A stretch of DNA of 63,356 nt, counting the filler, from Thermodesulfobacteriota bacterium (GTDB lineage Bacteria; DASVDK01): NCBI GenBank assembly GCA_036381125.1. It is 6 parts of 6 records of this genome, joined end to end, with 100 filler letters (N's around TTAATTAATTAA, not from the genome) between each part and the next. Parts side by side here need not be neighbours in the genome. Positions count along the whole stretch, not along the records: positions 13,915 to 41,488 come from DASVDK010000332.1; positions 41,589 to 54,670 come from DASVDK010000333.1; 4 more parts are not named here. One strand, given 5' to 3'. The translations under genes and the position numbers were made by a program. The stretch's first letter is position 1; every line of letters starts with the position of its first letter. The notes under the pieces are model-generated. The model did no database searches. It worked only from the letters and a program-made list of their open reading frames with translations, and was not told the origin of the DNA. Of the stretch, positions 37,812-47,574 are shown in pieces.

Positions 37812-38966
37812 GTGCAGCCGCTGTACGTCTACGCGCCCGAGCTGGCCGACTTCGATTACGGGCCGTGCCATCCGCTCAAGATGCGCCGGCTGCGCCTCAC
37901 GTACGACCTCACGGAGGCCATGGGGCTCCTCGGGCCGGGCGTGCGCCGCGTCGCGCCCCGTCCGGCCAGCCCGTCGCAGCTCGAGGCGGCGCACGACCCG
38001 CGCTACCTGGAGGTGCTGGCCGAGAGCGAGTCGGGGCTCCTGCCGGCCGCGGGCCCGGCGCACGGGCTCGGCCACGGCGACAACCCGGTCTTCCCCGGCC
38101 TCTTCACCGTCGCGCGCCTGACCGCCGGCGCCTCCATCGAGGCCGCCGATCGCCTTGGCGCCGGCGAGGCGCGGGTGGCCATGTCGATCGCCGGGGGGCT
38201 CCACCACGCCATGTACGACCGCGCGTCCGGCTTCTGCTACGTGAACGACCCGGTGCTGGCCATCCGGCGGCTCCTCGACCACGGCATGACGCGCGTGGCG
38301 TACGTCGACATCGACGTGCACCACGGCGACGGCGTGGAGGCCGCCTTCTGGCGGGACGATCGGGTCCTCACCATCTCCCTGCACCAGGACGGGCGCACGC
38401 TCTTCCCCGGCACCGGCGCCGTCACGGACATCGGCGAGGGGCGCGGCCGCGGTTACGCCGTGAACGTGCCGCTCTTGCCGGGGGCCGACGACGCCGTGGT
38501 GGTCCGCGCCTTCGACGCGGTCGTCCCCCGCTTCCTGGAGGCGTTCCGCCCCGAGGCGGTGGTGGCCCAGCTCGGGGTCGACTCGTTCGTGGCGGACCCG
38601 CTCGCCATGCTCGACGTGACGACGAACGGCTTCGAGGCGATGGTGCGTCGCATCACCGAACTCTCGCCCCGGCTCCTCGCGCTCGGCGGCGGGGGCTATC
38701 AGCTCGCCAACGTGGCACGCGGCTGGACGCTCGCGTGGGGGATCGTCTCCGGGCAGCCGGTCGCCGACACGATCCCGGACGCGCTGCGCGAGCCGCTGCG
38801 GCGCGAAGGTCACCGGAGCGACCGGCTGCGGGACCCGGAGCCGCCGGCCGGCGGCTTCCGCCGCTCGGCGCCTCCGTGGCTGCCGGACGCCGCGCAGGTG
38901 GGCGAGGCGGCGAACGCGGTCTGCCGGTACCTCGTCGACGAGGTCCTCCCGCTGGTCCGCCGGTGA
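37812..38966 (+). CDS. acuC: AcuC / histone deacetylase family protein
   Basis: HPLK, GGLHHA, SGFCYVND, DIDVHHGDG, GGGGY. Confidence 0.9.
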   Translation: MQPLYVYAPELADFDYGPCHPLKMRRLRLTYDLTEAMGLLGPGVRRVAPRPASPSQLEAAHDPRYLEVLAESESGLLPAAGPAHGLGHGDNPVFPGLFTVARLTAGASIEAADRLGAGEARVAMSIAGGLHHAMYDRASGFCYVNDPVLAIRRLLDHGMTRVAYVDIDVHHGDGVEAAFWRDDRVLTISLHQDGRTLFPGTGAVTDIGEGRGRGYAVNVPLLPGADDAVVVRAFDAVVPRFLEAFRPEAVVAQLGVDSFVADPLAMLDVTTNGFEAMVRRITELSPRLLALGGGGYQLANVARGWTLAWGIVSGQPVADTIPDALREPLRREGHRSDRLRDPEPPAGGFRRSAPPWLPDAAQVGEAANAVCRYLVDEVLPLVRR

Positions 38967-39172
38967 CGGGGCGCCCCGTGTCGCGCGTTCTGCAGTGTGG
39001 TGACACGCCCCGACACCCGGGCCGCCAGGCAGGGCCCGGAGCGGCGCGGCTCCCGACCGGGGGTCCGACCCCGACCGGTTCCGAAGTGTGCGCCGCGGAA
39101 CCGATTCGTCATCTCGCGGCGGCGATCGCGGCCGGTACCGCGCGGGGCACGTCGCTTGCACTGCTGTGGGGC

Positions 39173-39787
39173 ATGCCCCGGGTCGTCCTTCCGAGCACGT
39201 CCGCACGGGTCGCCGTGGCGCTCCTTGCCGCCGCGGTCGCGGGCGCGTTGCTCGGGGCGGGGATCGGGCACCTCGTCGGCCGCGTCCTGCCGGCGCCGCT
39301 CGTCACCGGCGCCTGCGTCTCCGCCTCGGTCGCGCTCTTCGTCGTCGCCGCGCACGCGTGGCTCGGCGGACCGCGCGTCGACCGCGAGCTCGCCCGGGCG
39401 GTCCTCTGGGGGACGCTGCTGGTCGCCCTCGCGGGGCAGGTGCCGCGGGTGCACCTCGACTACGTCGAGTTCCGGCGCACGGCGGCCGCGGCGCTCGTCG
39501 CGGGCCCCGGCGCCCCGCGCGACCCCGACCTCTACGTGGACCTCGTGCTCCTCGCCGAGACCGGACAGCCGGGCTTCCGCGGCTACCTCCTCGCCAGCCT
39601 GGGGGTCGAGCGTGCGGCCCACTCGCTCGGGCGGCTGCGGCTCCGGGTCCTCGGCCATCTCCTCGGCATCGGCGTCGGCGCCGCCATGGCGGCGCACCTG
39701 ACGCTCGCCGCCGTGCGCGCCCGGCGCTGCGCGCGGTGCGGCCGCCGGGCCGACCGTTGCGCCTGCGGGAGCCCGGGATGCGGCTGA
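39173..39787 (+). CDS. hypothetical membrane protein with Cys-rich C-terminus
   Basis: several hydrophobic segments; ends RRCARCGRRADRCACGSPGCG. Confidence 0.6.
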   Translation: MPRVVLPSTSARVAVALLAAAVAGALLGAGIGHLVGRVLPAPLVTGACVSASVALFVVAAHAWLGGPRVDRELARAVLWGTLLVALAGQVPRVHLDYVEFRRTAAAALVAGPGAPRDPDLYVDLVLLAETGQPGFRGYLLASLGVERAAHSLGRLRLRVLGHLLGIGVGAAMAAHLTLAAVRARRCARCGRRADRCACGSPGCG

Positions 39788-40743
39788 TCGCCGACCGGCT
39801 GCGGGTTGGGCTCGCCCTCGGGGGGGGCGCGGCGCGCGGGCTCGCGCACCTCGGCGTCCTCAAGGTCCTCGAGGAGGAGAGGATCGCCATCGGCGCCATC
39901 GCCGGCACGAGCATGGGCGCCCTCGTCGGCGGCATGTACGCGCTCGAGCCGGACGCCAGGATCGTGCGCGAGAAGATCCTGGCGGTGCTCTTCAGCAAGG
40001 ACTTCCTCCGCGTGAAGGTCGAGTACATGAAGGCGCTCCGCGAGGTGAAGGAGTCCTCGATCTTCCGCACCTTCGCGAACTACGTGCGGCGTACCATCTT
40101 CCACAACGTGGTCCTCAACCGGCAGTCCTTCCTGACGGCCGACCGCTACGCCCGCTACCTCTCCGCCTTCGTCGGCGACCGCCTCATCGAGGAGACGCTC
40201 ATCCCGTACGCCGCCGTCGCCACCGACATCCGCTCGGGCGACGAGGTCGTCATCACGCGCGGCCCCATGAAGACCGCCATCGGCGCCTCGTGCGCGATCC
40301 CCGGGATCCTGCCGCCGGTGGCCGTGGACGGCCTCCTCCTGATCGACGGCGGGTGGGTCGACCAGGTGCCGGTCGGGCCGGTCTCGGCCCTCGGCGCCGA
40401 CCTCGTCATCGCCGTCGAGATCGGCGTCGACAACGAGGACACCGACGGCCTGCTGCGCAACGGCCTCGAGATGGTGATCCGGGCCAACGCGATCACGCGG
40501 GCCGCCCTCTGCCGGCTCCAGCTCTCGCGGGCCGACCTCGTGATCCGGCCGGCCACCGAGTCGATCGTGTGGGCGGACTTCAAGCGGGCGGAGGAGGCGA
40601 TCGCCCTCGGCGAGGCGGCCGCCCGCGCCGCCATGCCGGCGATCCGCGCCGCGCTCGCACGGCGGCTGGTGGGCGGCCCGACGCCGTCGGGCGGCCACGG
40701 GCCGGCGCCGGGCGCCAGCGGGCTGCCGCTGGCCGCGCGCTAG
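39778..40743 (+). CDS. patatin-like phospholipase (RssA-like)
   Basis: GGGAARG, GTSMG, DGG. Confidence 0.92.
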   Translation: MRLIADRLRVGLALGGGAARGLAHLGVLKVLEEERIAIGAIAGTSMGALVGGMYALEPDARIVREKILAVLFSKDFLRVKVEYMKALREVKESSIFRTFANYVRRTIFHNVVLNRQSFLTADRYARYLSAFVGDRLIEETLIPYAAVATDIRSGDEVVITRGPMKTAIGASCAIPGILPPVAVDGLLLIDGGWVDQVPVGPVSALGADLVIAVEIGVDNEDTDGLLRNGLEMVIRANAITRAALCRLQLSRADLVIRPATESIVWADFKRAEEAIALGEAAARAAMPAIRAALARRLVGGPTPSGGHGPAPGASGLPLAAR

Positions 40744-40749
40744 CCGGCG

Positions 40750-41488
40750 TTGCGTCTGCTGCTCGTGGCCGCCGTGACCCTGCCGGCGGCCGTCCTCAGG
40801 CTCTGGGACCTCACCGTCCGGCCGTTCCACCACGACGAGGGGGTGAACGGCTGGTTCTTCGTCCGCCTCTGGGCGCAGGGCGACTACCGCTACGACCCGG
40901 GCAACTACCACGGGCCGACCCTCTACTTCCTCTCGCTCCCCTTCGCCTGGGCGGCAGGCGGCCCCTCGGACGCGATCCTGCGCGGGGTCGCGGTGGCGGC
41001 GAGCCTCGCCACGGTCGCCCTTGCCGCGGCGCTCGCGCCGCGGCTCGGCCGCTCGGGCGCCGGCGCCGCCGCGCTCCTGCTCGCCGTGTCGCCGGCCGCC
41101 GTGTACTTCGGGCGCGACTACATCCACGAGAGCCTGTTCGCCCTCTGCACGCTGGCGCTCGTCGTCGCGGGCGAGCGGGCGGCAGCGACCGGGTCCCGGG
41201 CGGCGTACGTCGTCGGCGGCGCGGCGGCGGGCGTCTTCGTGGCGACCAAGGAGACCGCCTTCCCGCACCTCGCGATCCTCGGCGCGGCCCTCCTGGCCGC
41301 CGACCCGCGGACGCCCCTGGTCCTCCTCGGGAAGTGGCGGCGTCCGGCGCTCGCCCTGGCCGTTGCCCTTGCCGTGGCGGCCGGCTTCTACACGAACGGC
41401 TTCACCGCCCCCTCGGCCATCCTCGACCCGATCCGGGCGCTCCCGGGCTGGGTCTCGCGGGGCACCGGCGGGGTCGAGCACGCGAAGC
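40750..41488 (+). CDS. TIGR03663/Agl23-like GT-C (PMT-like) membrane protein, 3'-truncated
   Basis: RPFHHDEG..YRYDP.NYHGP, multiple TM segments, ATKET. Confidence 0.7.
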
Positions 41489-41588
41489 NNNNNNNNNNNN
41501 NNNNNNNNNNNNNNNNNNNNNNNNNNNNNNNNTTAATTAATTAANNNNNNNNNNNNNNNNNNNNNNNNNNNNNNNNNNNNNNNNNNNN
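41489..41588. other. artificial contig linker
   Basis: N44-TTAATTAATTAA-N44. Confidence 0.99.
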
Positions 41589-42155
41589 CTCGAGCGGCCG
41601 GAACGTGACCACCTGGCACCGGGACGCAACCGTCGGCAGGAGGTGGTGGCGTCCGGGCGCGAGCAGCACCAGATGGCTCTCCGCGGGCGGCTCCTCGAGC
41701 GTCTTGAGGAGCGCGTTGCCCGCCACGGGGCCGAGTCGCTCGGCCCGCTCGAGCACGGCCACCTTCCGGCGCCCCTCGAAGGGCCGGAACGAGAGATCAC
41801 GCGCCAGGCCGCGGATCTGGGCGACCAGGTAGATGCCGCCGCCGCTCTGCCCCTCGGGGGCGAGCGTCTGCACGTCGGGGTGCTGCCCGGCGGCGATCTT
41901 GCGGCAGGCCCGGCAGGCGCCGCAGCCGCCCCGCGCCCGCAGGTCCGACCCGTCGCCGCCGCCGAAGAGCGACGGCCCCTCCGCCTCGGCGGCCGCCTCG
42001 CAGTTGAGCGCCTGCGCGAGGCTCAGCGCGGCCATCCGCCGCCCGACGCCTTCGGGGCCCTCGAAGAGGTACGCGTGCGCGACGCGCCCGCCGCGCAGCG
42101 CGGCGGCCAGCACCGAGACCGCACGCGCCTGACCGAGGAGGGCATCGAAAGGCAT
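41589..42155 (-). CDS. holB: DNA polymerase III delta' subunit, 3'-truncated
   Basis: HAYLFEGPEGVG, CGACRAC, HPD, NALLKTLEEPP, LLPTVASRC. Confidence 0.92.
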
Positions 42156-42317
42156 ACCGGAGCCCTTTAGGATAGGGCAACGCCCGCAGGGTGGCAATGC
42201 GGGCCGCCCGGCGGCGGCGCCCACGCGCCGCGCGCCGGGCCGACGTGCGGAGGACGGAGGGGGTCGTGGTGCGAAAGTTGCTGAACATGCGAGCGGTTTC
42301 CGGTTGGAGTCGGGTCG

Positions 42318-42470
42318 ATGCCGCACGGAACGTTCCGGCACCTGGTGCTGGGCCTGCTGGTCCTGGTGGCGCTGCTCCTGGTCGTCGTCGAGCTCGCGCT
42401 CCTGGGCGGCGGGCCGCCGCGGCGCCTCCTCCGGGAACCGGTTGTGCCGGGTTTCTCCGGCGCGCGCTGA
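42318..42470 (+). CDS. 50-aa single-pass membrane microprotein
   Basis: GGAG RBS at 42306-42309; [50 protein letters not shown]; absent from the ORF track. Confidence 0.55.
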   Translation: MPHGTFRHLVLGLLVLVALLLVVVELALLGGGPPRRLLREPVVPGFSGAR

Positions 42471-42841
42471 CCCACGCGGCCGCCGCCGCCGTGATCGCCG
42501 CGCTCGCGGCCGGGTGCGCATCGGCGCCGGCCCGTCCGGGCGCCGCCACGCGGGCCGAGGAGGGGATCGCGTCCTGGTACGGCGCTGCCCACCACGGCCG
42601 CCGCACCGCGAGCGGCGAGATCTTCGACATGAACGCCATGACGGCCGCCCATCGGACCTATCCCTTCGGGACTCGGGTGCGCGTCACCGATCTCGCCACC
42701 GGCCGGACGGTCGTCGTCCGCATCAACGACCGGGGTCCCTTCGTCCGCGGCCGAGTGATCGACCTCTCCCGCGCCGCCGCGGCGCGGTTGGGCATTGTCC
42801 AGGCGGGCACTGCACGCGTACGCGTCGAGAGAATGGACTGA
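42467..42841 (+). CDS. rlpA: septal ring lytic transglycosylase RlpA family lipoprotein (start uncertain)
   Basis: lipobox [35 protein letters not shown]. Confidence 0.88.
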   Translation: MTHAAAAAVIAALAAGCASAPARPGAATRAEEGIASWYGAAHHGRRTASGEIFDMNAMTAAHRTYPFGTRVRVTDLATGRTVVVRINDRGPFVRGRVIDLSRAAAARLGIVQAGTARVRVERMD

Positions 42842-42870
42842 CGCGCAAGCCCTTGTTATCATGGGGGCCC

Positions 42871-43854
42871 ATGAGCATCGTGGCCCGGCTCGAGGCCCCC
42901 AGGCCGCAAAAGATCCTCATCGTCGACGACCATCCCTTCAACCTCGAGTTGCTCGAGCAGTACCTGAGGCCCGAAGGCTACGTCCTCGTCCGCGCCCGCG
43001 ACGGCGTCGAGGCGATCGAGAAGTTCGTGGCCGAGGAGCCCGATCTCATCGTCATGGACGTGATGATGCCGCGGCTCAACGGGTACCAGGTGACCGAGCA
43101 GCTCAAGGCGCTCGAGGAGGCGTCCTGGGTCCCCATCGTCCTCGTGACGGCCATGTCGGATCCGGAGGACCGCATCCGCGCGACCGACGCCGGCGCCGAC
43201 GGCTTCCTCTCGAAGCCGTACCACCAGGGGGAGCTCCTCTCGAAGGTCCGCTCGCTCCTGAAGCTCAAGGCGCGCTTCGACGCGAAGGACACCCAGGAGA
43301 GCGTCATCTTCTCCCTCGCCGCCGCCGTCGAGGCCAAGCACGTGTACACGCGCGGCCACTCGGAGCGGGTCGCGCACTACGCGGTGCGGCTCGCCCGCGC
43401 GCTCGACTTCGGCCAGGCCGACCGGCTCAACCTCCGCTACGCCGGGCTGCTGCACGACATCGGCAAGATCGGCATGGCCGACGCCATCCTCGACAAGCCG
43501 GGCCCCCTGACCGACGTGGAGTACGCCATCGTCCGGTCGCACTCGGTGATCGGCGCGCGCATCTGCACGCCGCTGCGCGCGGCGGCTGCCATCACCCCCA
43601 TGATCCGCCACCACCACGAGCGCTTCGACGGCTGCGGCCACCCGGACAACCTCGCGGGCCGCGACATCCCGGTGGGGGCGCGCATCATCGCCATCTGCGA
43701 CAGCTGGGACGCCATGACCAGCACGCGAGCCTACCGCAAGGCGATGCCGCGCGAGGACGCGGCCGCGGTCATGCGCCGGGAGCGGTCGAGCGGTCAGTGG
43801 GACGAGGAGCTCCTGGCCGTGTTCCTCGAGCTGGTGGATCGGGGGGACATCTAG
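42871..43854 (+). CDS. response regulator with HD-GYP domain (c-di-GMP phosphodiesterase-like)
   Basis: receiver IVDD/MDVMMP/KP; HSERV, LLHDIGK, HHHERFDGCGHP. Confidence 0.9.
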   Translation: MSIVARLEAPRPQKILIVDDHPFNLELLEQYLRPEGYVLVRARDGVEAIEKFVAEEPDLIVMDVMMPRLNGYQVTEQLKALEEASWVPIVLVTAMSDPEDRIRATDAGADGFLSKPYHQGELLSKVRSLLKLKARFDAKDTQESVIFSLAAAVEAKHVYTRGHSERVAHYAVRLARALDFGQADRLNLRYAGLLHDIGKIGMADAILDKPGPLTDVEYAIVRSHSVIGARICTPLRAAAAITPMIRHHHERFDGCGHPDNLAGRDIPVGARIIAICDSWDAMTSTRAYRKAMPREDAAAVMRRERSSGQWDEELLAVFLELVDRGDI

Positions 43855-43931
43855 CGTTCACCGGGGGACCTCCCCGGTGCGTGATCGCTCCGGCCGGGTT
43901 CTCGCGGCCGCGCGCCGGAAGACCCCTCGCC

Positions 43932-43961
43932 TTGACACATCTCCCGTAACCCCGGTAAGAT
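43932..43961 (+). promoter_or_regulatory. sigma70 promoter of the ffh operon
   Basis: TTGACA-N18-TAAGAT. Confidence 0.65.
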
Positions 43962-44060
43962 CGCCAGGTTTCGCCGCACGCGGCCCCGGCCGCAAGCCGC
44001 CGCCGGCGCCAGCCCGGGAGCCGACCGGGCGCTGCCGGACCGAACGAGCCTCGAGGACCC

Positions 44061-45398
44061 ATGTTCGATTCGTTGACCGAGAAGCTGTCCGCCGCCTTCA
44101 AGCGGCTCCGCAGCCACGGGGCGCTCACCCCGGAGGACGTGCAGGTCGCGTTGCGCGACGTCCGGATGGCGCTCCTCGAGGCGGACGTGAACTTCCGGGT
44201 GGTGAAGGACTTCATCGCCCGCGTCACCGAGAAGGCCACCGGCCGCGACGTACTCGAGAGCCTCACGCCGGCGCAGCAGGTCGTGAAGATCGTGCACGAC
44301 GAGATGGCCGAGCTCCTCGGCGGCCAGGCGTCGGGGCTGGCGCTCGCCGGCAAGCCGCCGGTGCCGGTCATGCTCGTCGGGCTGCAGGGCTCGGGCAAGA
44401 CGACGACGGCGGCGAAGCTCGCCAGGTTCCTTCGGGAGAAGCAGGGGCGCCGTCCCTACCTCGCGTCGGTGGACGTCTACCGGCCTGCCGCCATCGAGCA
44501 GCTCAAGACGCTCGCCCGGCAGGTCGAGACCCCCTGCTTCGACACCGACCCGTCGGCGAGCCCGGTCGACGCGGCCCGGCAGGCGCTCAGGGCGGCCGAC
44601 GCGGCGGCCTGCGACACGCTCCTCCTCGACACGGCGGGACGCCTCCACATCGACGAGCGGCTCATGCAGGAGCTGCGCGACCTCAAGGCGGCCGTCCAAC
44701 CGCGCGAGGTGCTCCTCGTGGTGGATGCCATGACGGGGCAGGACGCCGTCACGGTGGCGAAGGCCTTCAACGAGGGGCTCGGCTTCGACGGCGTCGTGAT
44801 GACCAAGCTCGACGGCGACGCGCGCGGCGGCGCGGCGCTGTCCGTCCGGGCGGTCACGGGGCGGCCGCTCAAGCTCGTCGGCGTCGGCGAGAAGGTCGAC
44901 GCGCTCGAGGTCTTCCACCCGGAGCGGATGGCGTCGCGGATCCTCGGGATGGGCGACGTCCTCACGCTCATCGAGAAGGCCCAGCAGGCGGTCGAGGTCG
45001 AGCAGGCGCGCGAGCTCGAGCGCAAGCTCCGCAAGAACCAGTTCACGCTGGAGGACTTCAGGGAGCAGCTCCAGCAGGTGAAGAAGATGGGCCCCATCGA
45101 GTCGCTCCTCGGCATGATCCCCGGCTTCGACAAACTCAAGGGGCAGGGGATCCGCGTGGACGAGCGGGAGCTCGTCCGGGTCGAGGCCATCATCAACTCG
45201 ATGACGCCCCAGGAGCGGCGCAACCACGCCATCCTGAACGGCAGCCGGCGCAAGCGGATCGCGCGCGGCAGCGGTACGTCGGTCGAAGAGGTGAACCGGC
45301 TGGTCAAGCGGTACCTCGAGGCCCGGAAGATGATGATGCGGCTCAGCCGGGGCGGCATGAAGGCGCTCCGGCGCGGCGGCCGCCTCCCATTCGCGTAA
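44061..45398 (+). CDS. ffh: signal recognition particle protein
   Basis: ALLEADV, GLQGSGKTT, DTAGR, TKLDGDARGG, RILGMGD. Confidence 0.98.
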   Translation: MFDSLTEKLSAAFKRLRSHGALTPEDVQVALRDVRMALLEADVNFRVVKDFIARVTEKATGRDVLESLTPAQQVVKIVHDEMAELLGGQASGLALAGKPPVPVMLVGLQGSGKTTTAAKLARFLREKQGRRPYLASVDVYRPAAIEQLKTLARQVETPCFDTDPSASPVDAARQALRAADAAACDTLLLDTAGRLHIDERLMQELRDLKAAVQPREVLLVVDAMTGQDAVTVAKAFNEGLGFDGVVMTKLDGDARGGAALSVRAVTGRPLKLVGVGEKVDALEVFHPERMASRILGMGDVLTLIEKAQQAVEVEQARELERKLRKNQFTLEDFREQLQQVKKMGPIESLLGMIPGFDKLKGQGIRVDERELVRVEAIINSMTPQERRNHAILNGSRRKRIARGSGTSVEEVNRLVKRYLEARKMMMRLSRGGMKALRRGGRLPFA

Positions 45399-45417
45399 CG
45401 GCAAAGGAGTCTCCCGG

Positions 45418-45678
45418 ATGGTCAAGATCAGGCTCGCGCGCTGGGGTGCGCGCAAGCGTCCCTACTACCGCGTCGTGGTCAGCGACAGCGCCAACCCGCG
45501 CGACGGCCGGTTCATCGAGCAGGTCGGCACCTACGACCCCGTGCAGTCGCCCTCGGCCTTCCGGGTCGACGAGGCGAAGGTGATCGAGTGGCTCAGGAAG
45601 GGCGCCCAGCCGACCGAGACCGTCGGCCGCTATCTGAAGAAGGCCGGCGTCCTCAAGAAGCTGGCCGGCGCGGCGTAG
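45418..45678 (+). CDS. rpsP: 30S ribosomal protein S16
   Basis: MVKIRLAR..KRPYYRVVV..PRDGRFIE..GAQPTETV. Confidence 0.98.
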   Translation: MVKIRLARWGARKRPYYRVVVSDSANPRDGRFIEQVGTYDPVQSPSAFRVDEAKVIEWLRKGAQPTETVGRYLKKAGVLKKLAGAA

Positions 45679-45758
45679 GCGCCGTCCGGCCGGTCGCGTC
45701 GCCGGCGGGCCGGGGGGGGCGCGGCGAGCCGCCGGCCGGCCGGTCCGAGCCCGGGCGG

Positions 45759-46256
45759 GTGCGGCTCGGCCGTCTCGTCGGGATCCACGGGTTGCGCGGC
45801 GAGCTGAAGCTGCGCCCCGACAACCCCGACAGCGACGCCGTCCGGCCCGGCGTCCCCCTCGTGCTCGAGGGGCGCGGGGCGGCGCGCGACGCGAGGGTCG
45901 TCAGCGTCCGGCGGCACAAGGGCGCGCTCCTCGTGCGGTTCGAGGGGGTGGCGAGCGTCAACGACGCCGAGCCGCTCGTGGGCTCCCGGGTGCTGATCGC
46001 GCGCGAGGACCTGCCGAGGCTCCCCGAGGGGGAGTTCTACTGGTTCGAGGTGATCGGCCTCGAGGGGGTCACCGAGGACGGCGAGCCGCTCGGGCGGGTG
46101 GCGGAGATCCTGAGCGGGCCGGAGCACGACGTGTACGTGCTGCGCGACGGCAGCCGCGAGCGCCTCGTGCCGGCGGTGGACGACGTGGTCGTCGCCATCG
46201 ATCCGGCGGCGGGCCGGATCGTGATCCGGCCCATCGAGGGGCTCTGGGAGTCGTAG
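45759..46256 (+). CDS. rimM: ribosome maturation factor RimM (start approximate)
   Basis: HGLRGELK, EGEFYWFEVIGL, DVYV; synteny. Confidence 0.92.
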   Translation: MRLGRLVGIHGLRGELKLRPDNPDSDAVRPGVPLVLEGRGAARDARVVSVRRHKGALLVRFEGVASVNDAEPLVGSRVLIAREDLPRLPEGEFYWFEVIGLEGVTEDGEPLGRVAEILSGPEHDVYVLRDGSRERLVPAVDDVVVAIDPAAGRIVIRPIEGLWES

Positions 46257-46280
46257 GGACGGGCGGGTCCGCTGCGGCGC

Positions 46281-46383
46281 GGCCGGGTTCTGCCCGGCCG
46301 GTGCGCGTGACGGCAGGGGGAGGTTGCGCCGCCGCGCGGCGCGACTCGCCGTCGTCGGGAGCCGAGCTGTCGGGAGGGGCGGA
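46281..46383 (+). repeat. dispersed ~100-bp intergenic repeat, copy in the rimM-trmD spacer
   Basis: aligns to the reverse complement of 59079-59182. Confidence 0.75.
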
Positions 46384-46415
46384 CCGTCGATGACGCAGAG
46401 TGCGGAGCCCCCCTC

Positions 46416-47189
46416 TTGACTCGTATCGATGTCCTGACGCTCTTCCCCGAGATGTTCCGGGGGCCGCTCGACCACTCGATCGTCGGGCTGGCGCGGGAGC
46501 GCGGGCTCGTCGACCTGCGGGTCCACAACCTGCGCGACTGGGCGGCCGATCGGCACAAGGTGGCCGACGACACGCCCTACGGCGGCGGCGCGGGGATGGT
46601 CATGAAGGTCGAGCCTGTCGTGGCGGCGCTCGAGGCGCTCGGCGGCGAGGGGCCGGCCCGCTCGCTCCTCATGTCGCCCGCCGGCGCGCGGTTCGAGCAG
46701 GCGGACGCCCGACGGCTCGCGAGGGAGCCGCGGCTCGTCGTGATCTGCGGCCGGTACGAGGGGATCGACGCGCGCGTCCGGCGGTTCGTCGACGAGGAGA
46801 TCTCGATCGGCGACTACGTCCTGACCGGCGGCGAGCTGCCGGCCATGGTGGTGATCGACGCGGTGGTTCGACTCCTGCCGGGCGCGCTCGGGGCGCCGGC
46901 CTCGGCGGTGGAGGAGAGCTTCGCCGGCGGGCTGCTCGAGTACCCGCAGTACACTCGCCCCCGGGAGTTCCGGGGGCTTTCGGTGCCCGAGGTGCTCCTC
47001 TCCGGGCACCACGCGGAGATCGCCCGGTGGCGGCGGCGCGAGGCGCTCAGGCTCACGGCCGAGCGGCGCCCCGACCTGCTCGCCCGGGCGGAGCTGAGCG
47101 ACGAGGATCGCGCGTTCCTCGCGGCCCTGGCGGCCGAGCGGGAAGCCGGGGGCGCGCCCGAAGCTGACGAGGGAGACCAGAGGCCATGA
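46416..47189 (+). CDS. trmD: tRNA (guanine-N1)-methyltransferase
   Basis: [41 protein letters not shown] start. Confidence 0.97.
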   Translation: MTRIDVLTLFPEMFRGPLDHSIVGLARERGLVDLRVHNLRDWAADRHKVADDTPYGGGAGMVMKVEPVVAALEALGGEGPARSLLMSPAGARFEQADARRLAREPRLVVICGRYEGIDARVRRFVDEEISIGDYVLTGGELPAMVVIDAVVRLLPGALGAPASAVEESFAGGLLEYPQYTRPREFRGLSVPEVLLSGHHAEIARWRRREALRLTAERRPDLLARAELSDEDRAFLAALAAEREAGGAPEADEGDQRP

Positions 47190-47551
47190 ACGTCATCGAC
47201 CGTCTCGAGAAGGGGCGGATGCGGCAGGACATCCCGGAGTTCCGGGTGGGCGACACCGTCCGCGTCCACGTGAAGATCCGCGAGGGCGAGAAGGACCGCG
47301 TCCAGGTCTTCGAGGGCGTCGTGATCGCCCGGAAGAACGCCGGGGTCCGCTCCTCGTTCCGCGTGCGGAAGATCTCGTACGGCGTCGGGGTCGAGCGGAC
47401 GTTCCTCCTGCACACCCCGTGGATCGAGAAGATCGAGCGGGTGCAGGAGGGCCGCGTCCGGCGCTCGAAGCTCTACTACCTGCGCGGCCTCGCCGGCAAG
47501 GCGGCGCGGATCAAGGAGAAGCGCGCCGCGGAAGAGACGGCGGCGGGCTAG
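47186..47551 (+). CDS. rplS: 50S ribosomal protein L19
   Basis: [31 protein letters not shown]. Confidence 0.98.
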   Translation: MNVIDRLEKGRMRQDIPEFRVGDTVRVHVKIREGEKDRVQVFEGVVIARKNAGVRSSFRVRKISYGVGVERTFLLHTPWIEKIERVQEGRVRRSKLYYLRGLAGKAARIKEKRAAEETAAG

Positions 47552-47574
47552 GCGCCGCCGTCCGGGCAGGGCGC

